Source: a virus
Reading direction: 5' to 3' (one strand)
Virus record (IMG/VR): IMGVR_UViG_3300046361_000034
Location: 19,006 to 83,005 of that record
DNA: 64,000 bases
The notes under the pieces were generated by a model, which ran no database searches, was not told the DNA's origin, and worked only from the letters and a program-made list of their open reading frames with translations. Positions 29,401-41,400 of the stretch are shown here, in pieces (position 1 is the first letter of the stretch; each line of letters opens with the position of its first letter). The position numbers and the translations under genes are program-made.

Positions 29401-32400
29401 AATGTATGATTCTGTTGAGAAACAAAAATTATCTGATAGGTATAAAGGTATCAATAAGTATAATGTTATTGGTGATTTTTATACTGCTCCTAAAGATGAT
29501 ATCTCTACAGATGCTTTAAATTCTATTGCTGATTTAGCTAAGTTAAATGGTTTAGATGTAAATGGTTCTGGTGTATCTACACAAATTTATAATGATACTG
29601 CTGCTAATTTATTGGCATACTTATCTAAAAAATATAAAACTACATTTACTAGTAAAAAATCTGATAGTGGTCATAGATATATTGAGGTAACAAAATCAGA
29701 TTTAAATAATTTACTTAATGAGGCATTAAACCAAAGAGTATTAGATCCTGACTTTTTATCTGTTGGTAAAGAAATTACTTTTGTTCCTTTAGATTCAGTT
29801 ACTTTAGAAAATGGTGATTTGTTATATGCTAAAGATGTGGATGTAAATGAAAAACCTATTGGTATTGCAGTAGATGGAGAATTAATTGATGGTTTATATT
29901 TACACGATACTGGTTGGATAAATATAAATAATATAGATAATACTTCTGCAAATATTGTTAATGACCAAAATACTCTTAGAAATTTAAGAGCACATATATT
30001 AAATAGTAAAATACCTGTTACTACAGTTGTACAAGAAAGAAGTGCTGGTGTACCTATTTTAGATGAAAGTGGTGAATTAAGTACTGTATTAGAAAATACA
30101 CCTGATGTTGAAATAGGAATTATAAAAGAAGGTTCTGTATTTACTGGTAGAGAATCTATTGTACAAACAGTTAATATTTCTAGAATAGATGAAGGTAAAG
30201 GAGTTATTATTATTCCTTTTAATAATGAAAAATTAGCATTATCGGTAAAAAGAGCTAAATTAGATACTGGTGTAATTGATTCAATTATTACTGCTACAGA
30301 ATTGTATTTAAATGGTACTAAAACTGAGTTAACAGATGAATTAGATAAAACTTATCAAATTAATATATTAACTTCTAGAGGATTAGAACAGTATATTAAT
30401 CAATTTATTGGTTATTCGTCTTTAGATATTAAAGATAAACAATCTTTTTCTGATAAATTAATCAATATTGCTGATAATATTTCTTTAATACAATTTAATA
30501 ATGGTAGGTTATATTATGGACAAGGACAAGAAATAGGAGTAAATGATATTTATCCTAGTAAAAATAATGGAGAAGAAAGACAAAAAGATTTAAAACATTT
30601 TAGACAACATTTGAAAAAAATGTATCATCATATAAATTTAGATTTATTAGGTACAGATACTGGAATTAAACTTATGCAAAATAATAAAGTATTAATACCT
30701 TATAATACTTATAATGAGTATGCTAAATCTGTTATGTTATCTCCTTATCTTTCTATGAAATTAGATAATGGTAAAACTATTTATACTTTACAAAGTAGAA
30801 TTAAGTTTGATTTAGAAAAAGCATTTAGTAGTAATAATAAAGCTAAAAATGTTATTAAATCTTTATCAGAGCCTTTAGATAATACAAATGTAGAAAATAC
30901 TGTTCAGCCTTTATCAGAACCTAAAAGTAATGATATAAGTTTACCTAATGGTAAAACTTTTAGTTTTAATGATGTAACAGAAGATACTTTAAGTCCTGCT
31001 AAAGAAAATAATAATTTACCAAATGTATTACTACCTATAGGAACATCAGGTAGTGGTAAATCTACATTTATAAAATCTTTACCACAAGAAAATTTAGTAA
31101 TTATAGAACCTGATGCTATGAGAGTAGAATTTACAGGAGATATAAATAATAAAACTAAAGATAAAGAAATATATGAAGAAGCTACTAAAAGAGCTATCAT
31201 TGCTATTAAACAAGGCAAACAAGTAGTATTTGATACTACTAATTTAACTAAAGATAAAAGACTTCCTTTTATTGAAGCTATTAAAAAAGAAATACCTAAT
31301 GCTAATATTCAATATAAGTTAATGGAATTAAATCCAGAACTTGCTAAACAAAGAATAAAAGCGCAAATTGAAAAAGGAGAAAATAGAGCTAATGTTTCAG
31401 ATGAAACAATAAATAGACATGCGCAAGCTTATCAACAAATGTTAGAAGATATTAAAGAAGAACCTTTAACAGAATTTAATGATAGTCCTAATTTAATTGG
31501 AAATGAAAATTATGATGATTTAATTAATTCATCTTCTTTAATTCCAGGATTATCTGTTACTACTCAAACATCATTAGTTAGAAGTATTGTAAATGATATT
31601 TATAACGAAGCTTCTGATAGTGCTGAACCTGTTAAACTTAATAAACAACTTAAATTAGCAGTTGAAAGTCTAGAAATGATTAGAGATAAAGCTGTTGAAA
31701 TTAATCATTCTAAAGCTGGTGAAATTAATAAAGTTGTAGAAGCTGTTAAAGCTAATGTTAAAAAATTAACTAAGGCTGTTAATCTTGAGTACAAGAAAAG
31801 AAACAGTGTTGTAGGAGTTATTAATTTAGATAACTATAATGAATTATCTATAGATGAAGAACAAAGTATTAAAGATGGTGGTAACGATAAATTACAACTA
31901 ACTGAATATACTATTGACCCTAAAACTACTTTAACAGGTAGAGCTAAACAAATGTTAGAAGGTATTACTGATAAGAAAGTAACTATTACTGAAGATGGTA
32001 AAGAATTTACTACTAAAACTACTTTATTAAATTTAAATATATTTATTCCTTTTGATATTGTTTATAATAACTTAATTAGTATATTAGGTAAATCTAATAC
32101 TAATGCTAATATGGTTCAAGTAGATTCTAAATTGATTGAAAAACATGGTAAACATCCTGATTATGTAGTTCATGCTTTAGAAGAACTTTCTAAACATATT
32201 GAAACTAAACCATATTTAATTGATGTTATGGAGAAACTTAAAACTGCAGAACCTGATGTTCAAAACTCATTTATATCTGCATTGAATAAAGTTTCTACTA
32301 ATCATATATATGTTCATGCATTATATGATAAACCTAATAACAAATATAGTTTAAGAATTAACAAAGCTGCTAGTAAAAATATTACAAATCTTGTACTATC

Positions 32401-35400
32401 TGAATGGCAAAATAATCTTAATTATAGTAAATTACTTAGTTTAGACAATGATAGAATTATTTATAATTTTAGAGCCATAGATGCATTTAATAAACAATTT
32501 AAAGAAATTGCTGATAAAAATGTCAATCCTAATTATAAAGAACTTAGTGATTTATTAAAATTAGTAGGAATAGAAATTCCTATTCAACTTTATAATACTT
32601 GGAATAAATATGGAATTAAAGTAAAAGGAACTAATCAAACATTATTAGATTCTTTTAAATTTTCTACTGGTATATTTAAGAATATAGGTAAAAGACTTAA
32701 TTCTTATAATACTAATAATGCAGAATGGTTAAATCTATCTGAAAATAATTTATATGACGATAGTTCTTTTACAAGTTTAGCAAATTTAGTATCATATTAT
32801 AGAGTAGACTTATTTAATGACTCTTTTAAAAATGCTAATGGTGATACTATTTTTGGTTATACAAATGATAGATATGCTATTACTAGAGCATTAAAATTAA
32901 AAACAGATGTTAAATTATTATCTGATTTAAAGTCTGATGTATTTGCTCAAGATTCAGTTTGGTTAAACCAATTACTTAAAAAAGGAGATACTATAGCTAT
33001 TAATGAAGAAAGTACTTTCTATAAATACTTTCAATATGGTACAGCTGAAAGCCTTAAAACTAAAAATGCTCTATTAGGTAAAACTATTGATACTCTTAAA
33101 CCTGCTGAGTTAGCTAAATTTCATTTTAGTTTGTTTCAAAATGGTGGACTTAAAATAGGTAAAGATTCAGATCCTACTCCTATTATGCAAGTTATTTATC
33201 CTACTATGGAAGAAAAAGCTAATGCTTTTATATTTCAAGTTCCTGGAGAATATTATAAACTTACTGCAGAAGGTAAAATGCATCCATCAGATAAACAAAA
33301 ACTTGTTGAAATTTTGATATATCCTGAAATTCAAAGAATATTAAAACATCAAGCTGATCCTAATGCTGTACAAATTGATGGGTATAAAGAAGGTGCTGGA
33401 AAATTTTTATTATTTCCTAAACTAAATGATGATGCTAGATTATTTGATAAAACAGGTCAATTATTAGATGAAGTTCTTTTACCTGAATTTAATGGTATAG
33501 ATTTTCAAAATATACTACAAGAGCATTTATATAATCATTTAATGCAAATATTTAAAGATACTAGAGAAAATTGGAAAAAATTTGGTATTATTACTACTGA
33601 TAAAAATAGTAAACAAGATCAGTTTCAATATATAGATGCTAGTTATAAAGCTGCTTTTGCTGTACAAGGTATTAATACTACTCTTTTAAATTATGTAATT
33701 AATACTACTGTTGCTAATATGAATATACAACAGCTATTTATAGGAGATCCTGCTTTATATTATAAAGGAAGTTCTGATGCTATGACTACTGGTCAACTTA
33801 CAGCAGATAATCAAGGTAAACGCTTATCAGCTGATAATGCAGGTGCTATTCAATTATTATTCCCACAAGGAAGTACATTTAATACTTTAGTTATTAAAGA
33901 TAATTATGTATCTAGTAAAAGAGCTGATTATATTGAAAAATTATATAAAGGTTTTCCTGATATTTATGGACAATATAAAAAAGGAACATTAATGTCAAAT
34001 GGTAAACAATCTAAAGGTATAAACTCTACTGATGCTCAAGGTTATCATACTTTAGAAGAACATCTTGATATTATGCATTCATTAGGTACACTTAGTTTAA
34101 AAGATAAAACTAAAATTTTAGATACTTATAATAAAACTGGCAAAATTAATAAAAGTGATAAAGCATTAGTTTTACAACCTTTTAAACCTAGATATGTAAA
34201 TAACTTTAACAGATTTGGTGTTAATGCTAGGCTTTATTTTAAGTACTCTACTCTACCATTAATTAAACAATTTACTCAAGGTACTGATTTAGATGTATTA
34301 AGAGAACATATGGAGAAAAACAAAATACAACTTGTATTACATGAATCTGCTGTAAAAGTTGGAGGATCTGCTAATATTATTGATGTTTATGACTCTAAAG
34401 GTAATATTGTTATACCTGTTAAATGGAAAAGTAGTTTAATTACTAATATTCCTAGAGAAGGATTAGGTATACAACAAGATGTACCATACAATTCTAAACA
34501 AAAAACTGTTAATGATGGTACTCAACAAGCTAAAGAGTTGTTTACAAATATTATGGATATTGATGGATTTATTGATCCTGAAACTGGTAAAGCCGTAACT
34601 GGTAGAGAGTTATCTAAAACCTATTTAGTTAAATACAAAAAATCATTTTTATCTAAATATAATAAATTAATTCAAGAATTAGATTTTGATACTAAAACAC
34701 ATACTATAGGAAATTATGATAAATTATATAAACTTTTAGAAGATGAGGGTTATAATAGAAATTATAGTTCAAATGATATTCAAGGCTTAGAAACAGTTAA
34801 GATAGGTAATAAATCTGTTAAATTTACTGTACCATTATGGTTAAATACTGCTGATAGTAAAATCGTAGCATTACTAAATTCTATTGTAGATAATAAAGTT
34901 AGAAAAAGAAGTTTTAGAGGTAAGTCTTTTGTACTAGCTTCTGAAAGCGGTACTCAACTTAAAACTATTAAAGATGTTAATTTATCTGAAGTAGTAAAAG
35001 TAGGAGATTGGGATGGTACATTAAAAGGTGCTTGGGAAGATAATGAAAATAAAGGACAAATGTCTTATGCTGAAGTACTTGTTCCTTTTAAATTTTGGGA
35101 TAATAAAGGAGAACTTCTTAAGTTAGATGAATTTATGAATGATGGAGTAATAGATTTAACTAGATTACCTGAAGAATTATTAGAAATATTTGGTTATCGT
35201 ATTCCTACATCTGGTTTAAATCTTATATCTAATATTAAAATAGTAGGATTTTTACCTGCTAGTTATGGCGATATAGTCATTGCTCCTGCTGATTTTATTG
35301 TACAAATGGGTTCTGACTTTGATGTTGATAAATTATATACTCATATGTATAATACTCATTATAATGATGTTACTAAATCTTTACATATTGTTAATAAAGA

Positions 35401-38400
35401 TATTAGTAGTCAACATAATAACATTACTCAAAGTATTAAAGTAATGGAAGATAGAGTTAAAGAACTTTCTAGGAATGGAGTAGCATCTGCTAAGGATAAT
35501 AATTTAATAGTTGCTTTACAACAACAAATAAATTTATTAAAAGAAAGTGATTTAATGCAATTAAAAGATATTGATGAACAAGTTATACAAAATGATTTAT
35601 TAGATATTCATAAAGCTGTTTTAAATAACCCTAATGTAGAAGTTCAAAAAGCTAGAACTAATCCATTAAGTTTTGGAGAATTACCTGCATTAGCTAAAGA
35701 AATTTATAAAGAATCTAATAGATTTTTTACACCTTTAGCTAATACTTATCAACAAAATAAATATTTAAGTGCTAGAGCAAGTAAAACTGCTGTAGGTGTA
35801 TTTTCACTTGATACTGTTTTTAATAGTGTACTACAATATATAGAAAAACCTATGTATTTTACTAAAGTTGTTAAAGAGGGTGAAAATATGGTAACAAAAG
35901 ATATTAGATATACTATTGGTGGTTATACAACTAATGCTTTAAATAATCCTAAAAGATTAGATGGTAAATGGAAATCTGATAGTTTTATTGCTTTTATGGC
36001 TACTGCTCTTGATAATGGTAAAGAACAATTATTAGGTAAATTAAATATTAATAGTGATACATTTGATTTTATTAGAGCAGCAAATCAATTAGGACTACCT
36101 GAGAATTTAGTTATCTTAATGATTAATCAACCTGCTATTAAAGCATATCAATTATCTAAACAATTTTTTGAGGATGTTGAAATTAAGCCTTTTAATGAAG
36201 ATATTGAAAATATATTATCTACAACATCTATAGAAAATTTATTAAAAACTGTTAAAGGTGATGATATAACTTCTGATAGACAACAAGCCTATTTAAGCTT
36301 CTTCAAAGAACTATCTTCTAAAGGCAGACAATTAAAAATACTACAATCTGCTATCAATTCTGATAGTAGTGGTATAGGTAAAAATATATTTTATAGTATT
36401 AAAAAAGCTGAACAAATATTAAATTTACCTAAATCTACAGAAATTTCTAATGTAGATAATTTAATTGGTAATTATATATATCTAAATGAAAGTCCTGCTT
36501 ATAATAAATTATCTGTTGAAGAGCAAGAGGGGTATATTAATACTAAAAAAGAAGATGGTTATATTTTATATAATAATGTATTAATTCAACCTACATCTTT
36601 AGGAGGTATGGCTGGAGTTTATGCTACAATGTTAAATAATCAATTATGGAGTAAATTATATCCTTACACTGATAAGAATTATTATAGTATAATTACTAGT
36701 ATTATCCCTGCTGATTCTGATAATAGTACTATTCAAGGTAGTGCAGATGCTTTACAAAATTCTGTAACTAATTATAAGTCTTTTTTAATTTCTAATACAT
36801 TTAATTTGTTTACATCTAAATATACAAGTATAACTGAAGCAAGAAAAGATTTGTTATTTGATAGAGAAAATCATTTAAGTCTAGGTAGTTTTATTAGTCA
36901 AATTAAAAATACTAAAGCTTATTCTAATGCAATGTTAGATAGATTACAAATTGGTAGAAGTAATCAAATTGTTGATATTACTGGAAGTATTCCTACTGTT
37001 ATTACATATCAAAATGCAGGAAGTGTTGAAATGGATGAAGAAGTTATTATTAATAGTTTTATTGATATGATTGTAAATCCTCAAGACTTAGGACAATTTA
37101 ATGGTGAAAGTATTAATACTAAACAATTAGCAGATTTGTTAATTACTCATCAAATGATTAATGGTGGTATTCAAAAATCAAATCAATTTATTAAATATAT
37201 ACCATTTAAGTACTTACAAAAAAGAGGATTTTATAAAGCTGTAGAATCTACTAATGTTGTTACAAATGTAGATACTGTTAATCAAATTCGTAATACGTAT
37301 TATACTCAATATTTACAACATAATCCAGAAGAATTTTATAATGAATTTTATGATATAGAGTCCCCTAAATTTGTAAATGACTATAAAAATATTGTTAATG
37401 GTAAATTAGTAGGAGTAGATCCTCAATTATCTGAAAAAACTAATTTTGTTATTACTAATAAAGCTAATTCTGAAATTTATAGAATTTTTAAACATGATGA
37501 TATGTCAGGAGATTTTATAGAGATAGATAACTTAGGATGGAAGGGTAACAATGAGTATGACATTAATGCAACTTTTGCTGCTAGAAGTTCTATTTATATA
37601 AATCAAGTAGATAACTATTCTAATTTTGATAAATTAAATGGTATAGATACTAGTAATTTTGAAGAAATCAATGATGATGTTATTGAAAATGCTGAAGAGC
37701 ATCTTCCTAATCCTACAGAAACGTCAAATTTTTTACGTTTGGATAGAGATACAAAGTCAGATAATTCTCCTGCTATTTATAATGAAAATAAGTATGATTT
37801 GGTTAAAAAGTATTATTTAGATGATAATAATTTATCTATTGAAGATAAGTATAGATTGATATTAAAAGAAGTTGAGGCTAATAGTACTAATCCTATTGTA
37901 CAATATTTTAGTAAAAAATTGGTTGATATTATTCCCTATCTTGCAGAAACACCATTGTATGTAAATACTAAACTTCCTGTTCAAGGTAGAGCTACTACAA
38001 CTAAGTTATTAGGAGAACCTGTCAGAATTGAAATTAATCCTAATCTTATTAGTAGTGATGAAGAAATGGCAGAAGTTTTGATGGAGGAAATGATACATGG
38101 TTTACTTAAAACTGAAATAAGTAAAGGTAGTTCTGAATTTGTAAAAAGTCTTAATAGTATTAAGAATGAAGTAAGAAGTATATTAATAGAAAAGTATGGT
38201 AAAGAAGCTTTTGATACTGTAGATAAAAAGATTGTTGGAAAATTGCCTTTAAAAGAAGGTGTGGAGCGAAACCTTATCTATAATGTATATAATCTTGATG
38301 AATTTGTTGCTGCTGCTATTAAAGATAAAACATTTCAAGCTTTTCTTAATAGTACTGAAAGTTTAGATTCTACTAAATCTATATTTTCTAGATTTGTTGA

Positions 38401-41400
38401 TTACATTAAAAATCTTTTAGTTAAGTTAGGTGTAGTACCTGATAAAAACTTAAGTGCTGTTTTACATGAAATTATCAATGTTGTAGAATCTCCTAATTTT
38501 CAAGTAGGTAGAGAATTGGTTACTCCTAAATATGTTAGAACTGTTGGTTATCTTAATAATAAGTTTAACTTAACAAACAACACTAACGAATTACGTTCTA
38601 AAGGTAATGCTGAAGAAATAGCAGATTTTATTAATAGAAATATAGTTAATGTAGAGGCTGTTGTTAAAGATAATTTTGTAATACTTACTTCTAAAAAATT
38701 ATATGAAGTAAATGAGGATAACTCTTTTGGTACAGAAGATATACAAGATGAGGGATTTGGTTCTAATCTTGTTAATTACTATCAATCTTTAACTCTTAGA
38801 GTAGCCAAATTAAAAGCTAATATTAAAAAAGCTGTTGAATTAAAAGATTTTGTTAGGGTAGCTGATTTAACAGAAAGATATAATGTAGAAAAAGATAAAT
38901 TAGTTGGTGTTAAAAAAATTACAGCTGCTGTAGATTTAGCTGATAAGGGTGAAGAAGATTTACAAATGATAGAAACTATTTTAAATCGTAAGATGACTTC
39001 TGAAGATATTGTATATGCTAGAGGAGTACTTAACTTTTGGAAAGATGCTAAACGTTTAGTATTTAATGAAAGATTAAATAGTTCTAAGCCTTTAACTAGA
39101 ATTTATGGTGCTATTGAGGGTAGTGCAGAAGCTCTATCAGATAAGTTATTTAAAATTGAGAAAACTTATATGGAAGAGTACATTAAAAAATATACTGACC
39201 AAGATATTAATCTCGATCAACAGTTTAAAGATTATAAAGATATTAATATTATTCAAGCAAATGTTAGAGATATCTCATCTTATGATAATATTTTATTATC
39301 TTCTATTTGGTCATCTGTAAAACATGCTAATATAGCTGCTACTAATGAAGGTAATGAGAAGTTAGAAAGTATAAACAATCAATTAACTAAAGTAGTTCCT
39401 GTATTAAAGTCTTTAGGAAATGCTGAATTATTTGAGGTGTTTAGACAGAAAAATTCTAATGGTAAGTTAACTGGTCATATTATTAATCCTTATACTGATA
39501 TATTTTATAAAGATAGAGCAAAAGTTCTTAAAAAATTAAATAAAGACAATACTCAAACTAATTTTATTAAATATCTTAATTGGATTAATCAATCTGCTTT
39601 TGATGTAGATTTAGAGTCTATTTTTCCTACTACTGGTGAAACAGATGCTACAACAATAGTTAGAGAAGAATTAAAACAAAAGTTAGGAGCAGGTGTTTAT
39701 AGTTTTTGGTTTAAAAATCAAAAGAATAAAATAGATTCTTATAATGACCATAAGTTTGGACAAACTCAATCATTATTAGCTAAGTATAAATTAGCATCTG
39801 AACAAGATATTCTTAATAGTGATGAGGCTAATAGAGAATATAAATTTTGGATAGAAAAAAATAGCCCATACAGATTAGCTAAATATGCTTTCCAAGATAA
39901 TATTAAATTATCTTCTGAATTTGGTTATACCTCACAAAAATATTATGAAGTTATTCCTAAGGATTCTGAGTACTTAGATAGTAATTATGATACTATTTCT
40001 AATAATCCTGAATTGTTAGAGTTTTATAATACTATAACAGATTTGTTTAAAGATTTAAAGAAATATGTACCTGAAAGTCAACAAAAAACTTTAGCTTATG
40101 GTGGTGTTCCTTCTCTTGAGAAATCTATTGTAGAATTATATACTGAACATGGTATGCAATTAGGAGTATTACCTATTCAAGATATATGGACTAAATCAAT
40201 GCAAAGTAGTTTTGGTGATAATACCTCAACTATTATTGACCCTGTTACTAATAGACCTATAAATGAAATGCGTATTCCTATTATTAAAGATAACTATAAA
40301 GAAGTTCAAAAATATATTAAACAAAAATCTGCTGAGTATTTAATAGAAAATAATAAAGCACCTAGTGCTGACATTATTAAAGGATTTGAAGAAGATATTA
40401 TTAATGAAATATCAGAAGGTAAATCATTTGATTTAGGTAAAATTGCTAAAGTTTATACTGCATTAGTATTAGCCCATAAACATAAATCTAAAATAGAAGA
40501 TAGTGTTAAAATTGCAAATACTGTTTTAAACAAATATGAGGAAACTAGATTAAGACCTGATGGTACTCCAGAAACAGATGCCATGACTGGTGCTATTCAA
40601 AGAAAAGGAGCTGATCAATCATTTGGTAATATTAAATCTGCTTATGAGTCTTACATAAATAATGTATTTTATGGGGATATTCATGAAGAAGAAGGTAAAG
40701 GTAAAAAATCTTTAACTAAATCTGAAAAATTAGAAAAAGCTAAATTATTAGGTTTACTTAATCAATTAGAAGTTCAACATGATAATAAACTTATAGAGGA
40801 TGAATTATATAAAAGTACTAAAGATAACTTAACTGAACAACTTGGTAATCTTGGTAAAACATTTATATATTCTAAAGCTGGAGATAATGTTCTTAAATAT
40901 GTACAATTAAAGTTAATGGGTTGGAATGTATTAGGCGGTATTAGTAATATGGGTTTTGGTTGGCTCTCGAATCAAATAGAAGCCGCAGGTGGACAGTTTT
41001 TTAATAAAGCTGATTTAGCCTATGCCTACAAATTATCGTTGCACTCAATCACTAAAAATGCGTCATTTAATAAACTAGAAACTGATACTGCTAGAAAGAT
41101 ACGAGAAGGTATGGATAAATGGGACATATTAAAAGATGCATCACATGAGCTTTATACCTCTAGCACTCCTAGTAGTTTTGATAGTAAATTAAAGTTTCTT
41201 AAACCCTTTAATGTAAATCAACGTACAGAATATTTGAATCAAGCACCATTATTTATTGCATTATCTCGTAATACTATGGTAGATACAACTAAAGGAAAAA
41301 TTTCTTTATGGGATGGTTTTGATAAAGATTGGAATTGGAATGAAGCTGAATATGGTGCAGAACCTACAGAAGTTATTAATAAAATGAGAATTAAATTAGA

